DNA of 64,000 bases from positions 16,211-80,210 of the forward strand of contig MHHQ01000009.1 of assembly GCA_001817065.1 (NCBI GenBank). The letters run 5' to 3'. The notes under the pieces are model-generated. The model made no database searches. It worked only from the letters and a program-made list of their open reading frames with translations, and was not told the origin of the DNA. This DNA comes from Candidatus Andersenbacteria bacterium RIFCSPHIGHO2_02_FULL_46_16. GTDB taxonomy: Bacteria; Patescibacteriota; Andersenbacteria; UBA10190. The translations under genes and the position numbers were made by a program. Of this stretch, positions 27,605-37,602 are shown one piece after another (position 1 is the stretch's first letter; each line of letters opens with the position of its first letter).

Positions 27605-28162
27605 ATGTTAGGAATGAATGATATTAAGAAGGGACGGATGGTGGTGTTGGAAGGTCAGCCCTTTTTGGTGATGTCTGCAGACTTTTTAAAGAAGCAACAG
27701 CGGCGTCCGGTGGTGCGAGCAATATTAAAGCACATTAAAACAGGACAAAACAAAGAGCATACGTTTATGCAGTCGGACAAAATCGCGGAAGCGGAGATTG
27801 AACGGCGGCCATTTCAGTTTTTGTATAAAGATGAAAGTGGTTGGCAGTTTATGGACCCAAATACTTATGAACAGGTAATTTTGTCCGACGATGTGGTGGG
27901 TGAAATGGGAAAGTGGTTCGTTGAAGGGCAGGAAGCATCCTTATTAATGTTTGAACAGCAACCGGTTTTAGTGGAGTTGCCGATCAAAATTGACCGTGAG
28001 GTTATTATTGCACCACCGGGTATCAAGGGAGATACTTCGACGAATGTTATGAAAGAAGTCGAAATTGAAGGAGGAACTAAAGTAAAAGCACCGCTTTTTA
28101 TTAAGACAGGCGATAAAATTAGGATTGATACCAGGACGGGAACGTACGTGGAGAGAGCATAG
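27605..28162 (+). CDS. efp: Elongation factor P
   Basis: KOW-like N-terminal region (DIKKGRMVVLEGQPFLV) and OB-domain C-terminus (GDTSTNVMKEVEIEGGTKVKAPLFIKTGDKIRIDTRTGTYVERA). Confidence 0.85.
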   Translation: MLGMNDIKKGRMVVLEGQPFLVMSADFLKKQQRRPVVRAILKHIKTGQNKEHTFMQSDKIAEAEIERRPFQFLYKDESGWQFMDPNTYEQVILSDDVVGEMGKWFVEGQEASLLMFEQQPVLVELPIKIDREVIIAPPGIKGDTSTNVMKEVEIEGGTKVKAPLFIKTGDKIRIDTRTGTYVERA

Positions 28163-28309
28163 GATTTTTTAGTTGGTGAGGAGCTTTGGTAATGCCTAAA
28201 GTCCAGAGCACAATTCACAAAATCCAAACAAAGCACAAACTGAATAGAATACAAACTTGATCACGCTGTTTGAGATTTGTTAAGTTTGTGTACTGTATTT
28301 TGTTCTTTT

Positions 28310-29155
28310 TTATGACGAGGCGCTGCTGTAACGACGCAGACCAGCCCGCCAGGCGAGGTTGGCTAGAATGAGAAAAATTGCAGCTAGGGCGATAGCGGTA
28401 GGTAGCTGCCAAAGTTGGAGCCGGCCGGTGATGGCTTGAGCAGGGACGAAGACGATGAAAGCAAGTGGTAGGGCATAAGTTAAGGCTAGACGGGGTGTGG
28501 TAGGAAACACATCAAAAGGAACCGTGAGAGGCTCCGTTATTAACTGCAGAAAACTCCAAAGTGCTTCCAGTCTCTCAATATAAAATACCAGCGAAGCAAG
28601 GAGAATGAGGAGGCTATAGAAAATGATAAGTCCGGTCATGACCAGCAAGATCATTATTAACCAGGCATTAAGGTTGGGTTGATAATTCAGTTGGGATAAC
28701 GCATAGAGAAAAGTAGCTAGTCCTCCACCTATCTGGCCGATGGTGCTATGCAGGTAGAATTGTTTAAAAGAAGTGTAGAAAAGCACGGGACTGGGTTTGG
28801 TTAGATAAAAATCAAAACTTCCTTTTTGCACAATAGATGGTAGGTCGGCTATATTATGGGTGAAAAAAGTGTCCATAATACCTTCGACAATACGAGAAAG
28901 GGCAAGAATAATCAGTGCTTCCGGTTTTTGCCAGCCAGCGATGGACTGAGTATGACTGAAAATTGTTTCAATCATAAAAATGAAGGCGGCTAGCCACAGC
29001 CCTTGTCGCAAGATACCGAGAAAGAAATTGGACCGGAACTCCATTTCGCGAATAAGGCTGGCACGGGTGTTAGCGCGCCAAACTCGCCACAGGTAACGGC
29101 TATTGGCCAGGAACGGCATAGCGCTGTAAGCCTTTTTGCCAGAGAGTATAGGCAA
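28310..29155 (-). CDS. ABC-2 family transporter permease
   Basis: Six TM helices. Same operon as the ATPase at 29896-30882. Confidence 0.55.
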   Translation of the reverse strand: MPILSGKKAYSAMPFLANSRYLWRVWRANTRASLIREMEFRSNFFLGILRQGLWLAAFIFMIETIFSHTQSIAGWQKPEALIILALSRIVEGIMDTFFTHNIADLPSIVQKGSFDFYLTKPSPVLFYTSFKQFYLHSTIGQIGGGLATFLYALSQLNYQPNLNAWLIMILLVMTGLIIFYSLLILLASLVFYIERLEALWSFLQLITEPLTVPFDVFPTTPRLALTYALPLAFIVFVPAQAITGRLQLWQLPTAIALAAIFLILANLAWRAGLRRYSSASS

Positions 29156-29957
29156 GCATGATTATTAGGAAAATCCAAACTGTTTGGTAGAGCAATAATT
29201 GAATTGATTGGTTAAAGGAGGCTTGGCCGAGTAATATTTCGGCCGGGACAGATACAATGTACCGGAAGGGCAGAAAACTAAGAGCGGTACGGACGGTCGG
29301 GGGCATCAGAATAAAGGGTATTAAAACACCGGAAGCGACAAGTTCGAAAATATTTTTAAAGCTTCTGATTTGTTGTGCTTCTTCAAGCCAAAAAGCCAGG
29401 AAGCCAAAACAGGTTTCCAGGGTGAAGGATAAAATAAGGGCTAAGAGGAGGCTGGGGATAAAAAGCAACCAGTGGGAGGGGATAAATATTTGGGGGGAAA
29501 AGGTGTGGGGAAAACTAAATAGAAAAAAGATAAAAAGGGGAAGTGGAATAAGTAATTTAATACATTTTTCCACGGTATTGTTGATAATGTCATTCCAGAT
29601 CATGGGAAAAGGCCTGATTAGATATTTGACGATATCGCCATTAAGAATTTCCCAGGCCGTAAAAAAACCGTTCCAGGCATCGGTAATGATTTTAATGAAG
29701 ATTACCAGCAGGAAGTAAGTTAAAGTTTCTTGGGGTGAGAGACCAGTTGGATTTTGCAGCGACACGTTATACCAAAGAGCCAGGGAGACAAGAGGGATGG
29801 AGGCCGCGGCTAAAGACCAAGCGATGACATCGATGCGGTATTCGAGTACGCGACCCCACTCCATGGCATATATCCGCCCGATTTTTTGGAAAAATTTACG
29901 CATAATTCTGATTAGTGAAAAGCTCACGGACAACATTTTCGAGCGAGGGTTCGTCAA
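29100..29957 (-). CDS. ABC-2 family transporter permease
   Basis: Polytopic membrane protein between the second permease and the ABC ATPase, with overlapping gene ends. Confidence 0.55.
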   Translation of the reverse strand: MTNPRSKMLSVSFSLIRIMRKFFQKIGRIYAMEWGRVLEYRIDVIAWSLAAASIPLVSLALWYNVSLQNPTGLSPQETLTYFLLVIFIKIITDAWNGFFTAWEILNGDIVKYLIRPFPMIWNDIINNTVEKCIKLLIPLPLFIFFLFSFPHTFSPQIFIPSHWLLFIPSLLLALILSFTLETCFGFLAFWLEEAQQIRSFKNIFELVASGVLIPFILMPPTVRTALSFLPFRYIVSVPAEILLGQASFNQSIQLLLYQTVWIFLIIMLAYTLWQKGLQRYAVPGQ

Positions 29958-30882
29958 TGGAAATATCTTCGACCGGAAACTTGGTTAGCAGTTGGGCAGC
30001 GCGCTTGGTAGTTTGGTTGCGGGGGACATGTAAGATAGTGTGCAGCGGCTGATATTTAATAATCTGTCCATATGGCAGCAGGGCAGTTTTGGCCACTGGT
30101 TGGAAGAAGGTTAGAACAATACGTCGATGGTCGACATGCTGCTTGATGAGATTTTCGGTTGAACCATCATAGGCGATACGACCATGGTCAATAATGACTA
30201 GGCGGCGAGCCAGTTCGCGGACATCATCAAGATAATGGCTAGTGAGGATAATGGTGGCGTTGTATTTTTGCTGGTATTGTTTAATAAATTTACGGACTTT
30301 TTTTTGCACGACGATATCAAGACCGATGGTAGGTTCGTCCAGTAATAATACTTGCGGGTGGTAAACTAAGGCGGCGGCTAGTTCGCCGCGCATGCGCTGT
30401 CCCAGCGAAAGTTTGCGGACTTGCACTTTAAGAAATTTATCCAAGTCCAATAATTCGGTTAGTTCCTGCAAACTGGACCGAAAGACAGATTTATCTATTT
30501 CGTAGATATCTCTTTGCAATAGCAGAGAATCGTAAAGCGGCAGATCCCACCAGAGCTGGGCTTTTTGGCCCATGACAAGCGAGAAATTCTTGAGAAAATC
30601 CCTTTTGCGTTGCCAGGGGGTATAATCCATCACCGTGGCAGTACCGGAAGTCGGATAAAGTAAGCCGGAGAGCATCTTTAACGTGGTGGTTTTTCCAGCG
30701 CCATTTGGTCCGATAAAGCCAACGAGCTCGCCGGTCTGTATGGAAAGGCTGATGTTGTCAACAGCTGTGATCGTTTTATAACGACGGTTAAATAAACCTT
30801 GGATAGAGCCGATAAAACCTGGCTCCTTCTGATGTACTTGGTAAGACTTACTTAAGTCCTTGATGTTTATGATAACGGACAT
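29896..30882 (-). CDS. ABC transporter ATP-binding protein (ABC-2 exporter type)
   Basis: Walker A GPNGAGKTTTLKML, signature LSLGQRMR, Walker B LLLDEPT. Confidence 0.85.
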   Translation of the reverse strand: MSVIINIKDLSKSYQVHQKEPGFIGSIQGLFNRRYKTITAVDNISLSIQTGELVGFIGPNGAGKTTTLKMLSGLLYPTSGTATVMDYTPWQRKRDFLKNFSLVMGQKAQLWWDLPLYDSLLLQRDIYEIDKSVFRSSLQELTELLDLDKFLKVQVRKLSLGQRMRGELAAALVYHPQVLLLDEPTIGLDIVVQKKVRKFIKQYQQKYNATIILTSHYLDDVRELARRLVIIDHGRIAYDGSTENLIKQHVDHRRIVLTFFQPVAKTALLPYGQIIKYQPLHTILHVPRNQTTKRAAQLLTKFPVEDISIDEPSLENVVRELFTNQNYA

Positions 30883-31043
30883 AGAAAGAGATGATGAGAA
30901 ATTAGGTACTAAATCAAGATGGCTTAATAATTAGAAAATTGATATTGGAGCATTTTACTCGTACTGCGGTTAGGCTAAACTACTATAACAGTATTAAGTA
31001 GCAGAAGGTGGGTGTGGATAAATCAAACGGTAATAAATAAAAA

Positions 31044-31904
31044 ATGAGCATTAGCAGAACAAGAACAAAGCAAGCGTCCTCTTTACGGCAATATCTAGAA
31101 GAGATTGGCCAGACGCCATTGTTAACCAGTGAGGAAGAGGCGAGATTGGCCATAAGAATTCAGGAAATGAATGATGAGGATGCGCGCCAGTTATTAATGA
31201 AAGCAAATTTGCGATTGGTTGTTAGTATTGCTAAGCAATATGCAGCGCCACAGGACCAGGATATGCTGCTGGACTTTATTCAAGAAGGGAACATGGGCCT
31301 GATGCGGGCGGTAGATCGCTTCAAGCCGGAATTTAAAACCCGCTTCTCAACTTATGGTGTGTATTGGATTAGGCAGGCGATTTTGCGGGCCTTAAAAGCA
31401 CGCCGGATTGTTCGGTTGCCAGAGAACGTGGTTGATTTAGTAATGCAGATGAAGCGAGTACGGCAGGCTCTTTATCAGATATTTGGACGGTGGCCAACGG
31501 CGGATGAGTTAGCGGAAGAAATGGAAGTGCCAGTGAAAACGATAAATATGTTAGAAGCGGCGGGGGCGGAAGTGGTTTCGTTGGATCAGCCAGTGCGGGG
31601 TAAGGAGGGAGAAGAAGAAACACAGTTAAAGGATATGATTGAGGATACGGACACGATGAGTCCCAACCAGGAAACTCAACGTGAGATGGTACGAAACGAG
31701 ATAAGTTCGGCAGTGGCATCTTTACCGCCGAGAGAAAGGAAGATACTTGAGTTAAGATTCGGTTTGGGAAATAAAATACGGCCTTACACATTAGAGGAGA
31801 TTGGCCTAGAGTTTGGGATTAGCCGAGAGCGGGTGAGGCAACTACAAAACGTGGCTTTATCCAGATTGCGCCAACGGAAAACTATGCAGAATTTTTATGA
31901 GTAG
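31044..31904 (+). CDS. RNA polymerase sigma factor, sigma-70 family (RpoD-like, compact)
   Basis: Region 2 ([37 protein letters not shown]), region 3 and region 4 HTH ([27 protein letters not shown]). Confidence 0.85.
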   Translation: [286 protein letters not shown]

Positions 31905-31955
31905 AAAAATTGAATAACGGGTGGTATAAGGCTGTCGGTGATTGGTAGGTAAAAA

Positions 31956-33155
31956 ATGGTGACAAAATGCTACAATATTAGCATGGGTCAACCGTTTTTA
32001 TATGGTGCAGCTACTAGTGCTCACCAAACTGAGGGAAATAATGTTCATAATGATTGGTGGGCGTGGGAGATGGGAAGGCCGATTGAGATGAGGTCTGGTT
32101 TGGCGGCTGATCATTACGATCGTTTTCGAGAAGACTTTCGTTTGGCTAAAGAATTGGGACATAACGCACATCGATTTTCGCTGGAATGGAGCAGGATTGA
32201 ACCCAAACGGGGACGGTGGGACAAACAAGCATTGGGGCATTATCGACATGTCTTAGAAGAGCTAAAGAAATTAGAGATAACGCCATTTGTTACTTTGCAT
32301 CATTTTACGAATCCCCGATGGTTTGCTGAACGAGGGGGGTGGCTCAGGTCTGATGCAGCAGAGCTGTTTACTCGATATGTGCAGACGGCAGCTGATTATC
32401 TGGGTGATCTAGTACCGTTTTGGATTACGTTGAATGAGCCTGTTTTATGGAGTAGTCTGGCGTATTGGCAAAGACGATGGCCGCCCCAACAGCGTAGTTT
32501 AATAAAATTTAACCGATCGGTACACCATTTGGCGGTGGCGCACAATCAGGCTTATCAAGTACTGCATCGTAAACATGCGCAGACGCAAGTCGGACTAGCC
32601 AGGAATCTGGTGGCTTATCAGCCGGCTAGTGAGTCTTGGTTGGATCGGGTAGCGTGCCAGACAGTAGACTGGTGGTTTAACCGAAGATTTTATAATATGA
32701 CTTGGCCGCAGCACGACTTTTTGGGTATAAATTACTATTTCCAAACAAAGATACATTGGGAGACTAAGTCGTTTAGCATAGTGCAAAGTGATACTCAGGG
32801 TGAGCGAAGCGACGTTGGCTGGACGATAGCACCGGATGGTTTGCGGCAAGTGCTGGAAAGTGTCCGGCGGTATAAATGTCCAGTTTATGTAACAGAGAAC
32901 GGGCTAGCGGATCGGCACGACAAATTACGAGCTGATTTTATTAGAGACCACTTGAGAGCGGTGGAGAGGGCGCAGGAGAGTGGCGTCGATGTACGGGGAT
33001 ATTTTCATTGGTCATTGTTGGATAACTACGAGTGGGATTTAGGGGTAACGCCTAGATTTGGTTTGGTGGCAGTGGATTATAAAACAATGTCCCGTAGTAT
33101 TAGACCGAGTGCCTATGTGTATAAGAGCATTATCGAACAAGCGAGAGGCGGGTAG
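31956..33155 (+). CDS. Beta-glucosidase, glycoside hydrolase family 1
   Basis: N-terminal F.YGAATSAHQTEG, acid/base LNEP, nucleophile YVTENG. 399 aa. Confidence 0.85.
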   Translation: MVTKCYNISMGQPFLYGAATSAHQTEGNNVHNDWWAWEMGRPIEMRSGLAADHYDRFREDFRLAKELGHNAHRFSLEWSRIEPKRGRWDKQALGHYRHVLEELKKLEITPFVTLHHFTNPRWFAERGGWLRSDAAELFTRYVQTAADYLGDLVPFWITLNEPVLWSSLAYWQRRWPPQQRSLIKFNRSVHHLAVAHNQAYQVLHRKHAQTQVGLARNLVAYQPASESWLDRVACQTVDWWFNRRFYNMTWPQHDFLGINYYFQTKIHWETKSFSIVQSDTQGERSDVGWTIAPDGLRQVLESVRRYKCPVYVTENGLADRHDKLRADFIRDHLRAVERAQESGVDVRGYFHWSLLDNYEWDLGVTPRFGLVAVDYKTMSRSIRPSAYVYKSIIEQARGG

Positions 33156-33244
33156 CAGCAGCTGGATGCGTGCTCGGCGGAATTAAAGTATAAAAAACGT
33201 AGTGGCATGAAGACTCTAGACAAGCAACTTCTTAGTAGATTGCA

Positions 33245-33655
33245 CTAAACTAGTGGCGACAAGGCGCTAAGCTGACTTTGCAGTTGCTTCAAGCTTTTAT
33301 ATCTAATAACCTGGTTAGCCATAGTAGAGATGTACCGAGTGGCAACTCCTTGTCTAATGGCAGCATATATAGGTTTTTTTAAGGCATAGGCGTAACCAAT
33401 TTCTAACAGCATGCCTTCGCTCTTATCGTTGCTTTTTATGTAGGCTAATAATATATCAGCTGCTCTTAAATGGGGCAGTGATGAATCGATAATTTGTTTA
33501 GCAGTATAGTGGTGTTGTTGGAATAGACCTTCCTGCTGAAAAGCACAGAAAACAGTATGGTCGGCGGCTTCCAAGGTGTGGATGATAGCATTCAGGTCGG
33601 TTTTTAGAACAGTGCGTTTTTCCCCGGTAAATTTGTACGATAGATAGATTTTCAT
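33245..33655 (-). CDS. Nucleoside 2-deoxyribosyltransferase-like protein
   Basis: GMLLEIGYAYALKKPIY resembles the NDT-family motif (ElG.A.alGKPv). 136 aa. Confidence 0.4.
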   Translation of the reverse strand: MKIYLSYKFTGEKRTVLKTDLNAIIHTLEAADHTVFCAFQQEGLFQQHHYTAKQIIDSSLPHLRAADILLAYIKSNDKSEGMLLEIGYAYALKKPIYAAIRQGVATRYISTMANQVIRYKSLKQLQSQLSALSPLV

Positions 33656-33698
33656 GGTTTTTAATGGCTATGAGCGGAGGTTGCTATAAATACTGTAC

Positions 33699-34673
33699 TT
33701 GGTTTTTAATCGGTTAGTCGAATGGATTCGGCAGGTAGGGTACAATCAACTCATGTGGTGGCTTTTTTATGCCTTGTTGGCACATGTAATGAATGCAGGC
33801 GTTTTTGTTGTTGATAAAAGTCTTTTAGCCACAAATAGTAAGATTAGTTCACCGATTAAATATGCAGCTTGGTCGGGGGTGTTGGCGGGAGGAGCGGTTT
33901 TGCTGCTACCCTTTTACTGGGTGGCGCCGACTTGGGCAGTGGTTAATTGGTCGTTGGTCGCCGGTGTTTGTTGGGTCGGGGCGTTATGGTTTTCTTTCGC
34001 GGCTTTAAAGGTGGGTGAGCCGTCGGTCGTGGTGCCGCTAACCGGTTCAGTAGTCCCGATATTCACATGGTTGATAGCTGTTGTTTTTTTAGGAGAACGG
34101 CTGTCTAACGTAACGATGACCGCAATGGTGCTGTTGGTGTTGGGTGGTGCGGTGTTGTCTTTGCGATTATCTAAGGCGGCGCGAATGAACTCACTGGTGA
34201 TTGGTACGGCGGCGCTAAGTGGTATGTTTTATGCGGTATACTTTGCGGTGGTGAAGCATGTCTATATTGTATTCCCTTTCTTCTTGCCAGCTTTTGCTTA
34301 TACGAGGATGGGGGTTGGAATAGCGGGACTAGCGTTAGTGTTTTGGCTGATGAGAAGGCCAGCAGAAAAGCAGTTGGTTAAGGAAAGAAAAAATGGCAAT
34401 AAACTTACCGTATATATTATCGGGGCGTTGGTCATAAGCAAGGGTTTTGGTATGATGGCGCTTATTTTACAAAATTACGCGATTAGTTTGGGTAGTGTGA
34501 CGGTGGTTAATGCTTTACAAGGTACGCAGTATTTGTTCTTACTTGGTTTGGCGGTACTGGTGTCACGGTATTATCCCCGATTATGGAAAGAGGAATACTC
34601 AAGAGTCACTCTTACCCAGAGATTAGTGGGAATGAGCCTAGTAAGTATGGGTTTAGTATTGTTAGTTATGTAA
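33699..34673 (+). CDS. DMT-superfamily (EamA-like) transporter
   Basis: ~10 TM helices arranged as two 5-TM halves. Confidence 0.5.
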   Translation: MVFNRLVEWIRQVGYNQLMWWLFYALLAHVMNAGVFVVDKSLLATNSKISSPIKYAAWSGVLAGGAVLLLPFYWVAPTWAVVNWSLVAGVCWVGALWFSFAALKVGEPSVVVPLTGSVVPIFTWLIAVVFLGERLSNVTMTAMVLLVLGGAVLSLRLSKAARMNSLVIGTAALSGMFYAVYFAVVKHVYIVFPFFLPAFAYTRMGVGIAGLALVFWLMRRPAEKQLVKERKNGNKLTVYIIGALVISKGFGMMALILQNYAISLGSVTVVNALQGTQYLFLLGLAVLVSRYYPRLWKEEYSRVTLTQRLVGMSLVSMGLVLLVM

Positions 34674-35677
34674 TGCAGACGGTAAGAAAAAAATGGTGGA
34701 GGGTAATATCGATTACAGTAATTGTTACATTATTAATAATCGTTACTTGGCTCGGAAGACCAGAGTTTAAGGCAGAGCAGATGGAGTACGGAGTGACCTT
34801 TTCTGCGCCTAATGCTGAGTGGGTAGTGGGAAACTGGAAAGAAGCTTACGAGGCAACACTAGTAGATTTGGGGGTGAAGAGGCTGCGCTTATCGGCGTAT
34901 TGGAATATCATTGAACCGGCAGACGGCAAGTTTGATTTTAGCGGACTGGATTACCAAATGGATCGGGCAGCAGAGGAAGGAGCGCAGGTAATTTTATCGA
35001 TTGGAAGAAAGTTGCCGCGGTGGCCGGAGTGTCATACGCCAGACTGGGCAGTCGGATGGCCGGAAGAGCAACAACAGGCCAGAGTCATGAAAATGTTAGT
35101 GATAGTGATTGAGCGTTACCAAGAGCATCCGGCCTTACGGATGTGGCAATTAGAGAATGAACCATTGCTGGATTTTGGGGGTTGTCCGCCAGAGGACAGG
35201 CGGTTTTTAGCAGAGGAAGAACGGTTGGTGAGAACCTTAGATGATCAACATCCGATATTAATAACTGATTCGGGAGAGCTTAACTGGTGGCTGGATGCGG
35301 CCAAATACGGTGATATTTTAGGGACGACGATGTATCGGACTGTTCATTCAACACGAACTAATCGTCTATTTTCGTACGACTATATCTTTCCATCATGGCT
35401 GTACCGAGCTAAAGCAAGGCTAGTTAATTTGGTGGAAGGGAAAGACATAATAATCTCTGAATTGCAGGGGGAACCGTGGGGGTCTGGCGCTTATATTTAT
35501 TTGTCGGAGCAGGAGCGAGGCGAGTCGTTTTCGCTGGATAGATTTATTGAACTGCAGAAATTTGCTGAACGTACACAACTTAATGAGGCGTACTGGTGGG
35601 GGGTGGAATATTGGTACTGGGAAAAAGTTAAAAACAATAATCCGGCTTATTGGAATTTCGCTAAGACACTGTTTTAG
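34673..35677 (+). CDS. Membrane-anchored TIM-barrel glycoside hydrolase (clan GH-A-like, NEP motif)
   Basis: Start ATG overlaps the upstream stop (TAATG). N-terminal TM. GVKRLRLSAYWNIIEP and WQLENEP (GH-A acid/base NEP) motifs. Confidence 0.5.
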   Translation: MQTVRKKWWRVISITVIVTLLIIVTWLGRPEFKAEQMEYGVTFSAPNAEWVVGNWKEAYEATLVDLGVKRLRLSAYWNIIEPADGKFDFSGLDYQMDRAAEEGAQVILSIGRKLPRWPECHTPDWAVGWPEEQQQARVMKMLVIVIERYQEHPALRMWQLENEPLLDFGGCPPEDRRFLAEEERLVRTLDDQHPILITDSGELNWWLDAAKYGDILGTTMYRTVHSTRTNRLFSYDYIFPSWLYRAKARLVNLVEGKDIIISELQGEPWGSGAYIYLSEQERGESFSLDRFIELQKFAERTQLNEAYWWGVEYWYWEKVKNNNPAYWNFAKTLF

Positions 35678-35827
35678 TGAGCTCTAGCAGAGCGTGAATT
35701 TGTTTTAAGTAGAAAACGAAAGAAAACAGTGAAATTGGCTTGTCTGGGCAGGAAAAAATATTTAGTATGGGCTAGAGTTCTTCGGTGTTCTTTTTAGGAA
35801 GAGTCTGCGAAAATAGGGAGAAATAAT

Positions 35828-36253
35828 GTGTTGCAGATAGGAGAAACAATTGAGTTACGACGAAGTGTGGTAGGGCTGGCGACTTCTTGGGTAGGGTTAA
35901 TACATTACGTGTATAGGGAGGAGGAGGTAGATATTCCCCGCCCAGTAAATTGGTATTTATTTACCTCTTGGATATTTAGTCAGTGTAGTATGGTTTTACC
36001 GAGAGATTTGGGAAAACAGAGTTGGTGTGGGCAAGGGGTGGAAAGCCGATTGGAATGGGCGTTAGCTGATTTAGTCTTCACGAAAGGCAGCCAGGGACAA
36101 GAGTTTACTGATGGTGTTGGTCATGTCGGTATCGTCGGCGACGATGTAGTGATTCATGCTAGTTGCAAGAGAGGATCCGTGATAGCAGAACCGATAGATG
36201 ATTTTTTAAGTAGCTATGAATTAGTACGGGTGCGACGAGTTGTTAATTATTGA
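35828..36253 (+). CDS. NlpC/P60-family domain protein with Ser in place of the catalytic Cys
   Basis: LPRD...GDLVF-like spacing and HVGIVGDDVVIHAS...GSV match NlpC/P60. The canonical DCSG is FTSW here. Confidence 0.5.
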   Translation: MLQIGETIELRRSVVGLATSWVGLIHYVYREEEVDIPRPVNWYLFTSWIFSQCSMVLPRDLGKQSWCGQGVESRLEWALADLVFTKGSQGQEFTDGVGHVGIVGDDVVIHASCKRGSVIAEPIDDFLSSYELVRVRRVVNY

Positions 36254-37539
36254 CCACTTTGTGAGCAGGGTGGTTTTTTAAATGTCACTAATACGTCACC
36301 AATTAGATAAAGGGATCCGGTGACTAATAATAAGTTGTTTGGTCGCAGTGCCTGCTGGGCAAATAAGAGGGCTTGGCGAGGATCGGCGATCGCATGCAAG
36401 GAAGATTGGCGAGGGTTAAATAGCGATATGAGCTGGGAGGCGGGCAGAGGATTATAATTGGCTTGGGTGACGATAATGCGGCGGAAGCGAGGGGCAATCT
36501 TCTTTATTATTGGCTGAGGGTTGGTGTCGGCTTTAAGGCCGACGACTAAAGTGTCCGGGGGAGGGAAAGGGCCAGTGTCCAGCGCATTGGATAAAGAAGC
36601 AATACCGGCGTCATTATGTGCTCCGTCCAGTAAAATAAAAGGATCGCGTGAGACAATATCCAGACGGCCAGGCCATTTAGCATTAGCTAGTCCTTGGTGA
36701 ATAGTCTGTCTGGTGATAGCCGGCAGGCTTTTTTTGAGTACGAAGGCGGCAGTAATAGCGGTTCCGGCGTTAGTAATTTGATGCGGGCCTAAGAGAGATA
36801 TCTGGTAAGTGTCATTAATTATACCGGAGGCGGCAAAGCTTTGGCCGTCTAGTGTGTTCTGCTCGGGGATAGTGGTAAGAAGCGAAGAAACAGAGTAAAA
36901 AGGCGAGTTAAGATGAGAGCAGCGGCTAGCAAAAAATGAGCAAATTGATGGATTGGTTTCCGCTGTGACGAGGGGGACACCTGGTTTGATGATCCCGGCT
37001 TTGCGTTGGGCGATGGTTGGCCTGGTTCGTCCTAACCACTCTGTATGATCGATGGTCACATTGGTGATGATAGACAGGAGAGGGGCAATGACATTGGTGG
37101 CATCGAGATCGCCGCCCATGCCAACTTCTATAACAGCGATATCAATTTTTTGTGCAGCGAAGTGAAGAAATGCTAGGGCGGTAGTAAATTCAAAGAAAGT
37201 GGGTGTGAGATGGGCGTGGTGGGCGGCGGCACGTGTCTGGCTAATGAGGTGGCTTAAATGAGTGTCGGTAATTGGCTGACCGTCAATGACTACTCGCTCG
37301 GGGAAGGAGCAAAGATGAGGGCTGGTGTACAAACCGGTGTGATATTTTGATTGTTGCAGGATTGAGGCTATAAAGGCGGCTGTGCTACCCTTGCCGTTGG
37401 TGCCGGCGATGTGGATAGAAGAGAACTTGGTTTGCGGATTACCGAGAGCCTGCATTAATGACAGCATAGTTTGAAGGCCAGGTTTGATTTTTTCAAAACG
37501 ATGGAGGTGGGTAAGGTAGTTGAGCTGCTTGTCTATCAT
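36247..37539 (-). CDS. folC: Folylpolyglutamate synthase / dihydrofolate synthase (Mur-ligase family)
   Basis: HIAGTNGKGSTAAFIASIL P-loop and Mur-ligase middle and C-terminal domains. The ORF-track start at 37611 is probably too long (alternative M at 37539). Confidence 0.8.
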   Translation of the reverse strand: MIDKQLNYLTHLHRFEKIKPGLQTMLSLMQALGNPQTKFSSIHIAGTNGKGSTAAFIASILQQSKYHTGLYTSPHLCSFPERVVIDGQPITDTHLSHLISQTRAAAHHAHLTPTFFEFTTALAFLHFAAQKIDIAVIEVGMGGDLDATNVIAPLLSIITNVTIDHTEWLGRTRPTIAQRKAGIIKPGVPLVTAETNPSICSFFASRCSHLNSPFYSVSSLLTTIPEQNTLDGQSFAASGIINDTYQISLLGPHQITNAGTAITAAFVLKKSLPAITRQTIHQGLANAKWPGRLDIVSRDPFILLDGAHNDAGIASLSNALDTGPFPPPDTLVVGLKADTNPQPIIKKIAPRFRRIIVTQANYNPLPASQLISLFNPRQSSLHAIADPRQALLFAQQALRPNNLLLVTGSLYLIGDVLVTFKKPPCSQSGQ

Positions 37540-37602
37540 AGGAAAGACAATAACACTAATCTCCCTGGACGCCCAACAATAGATGAGCCAAACTATAGAC
37601 AG

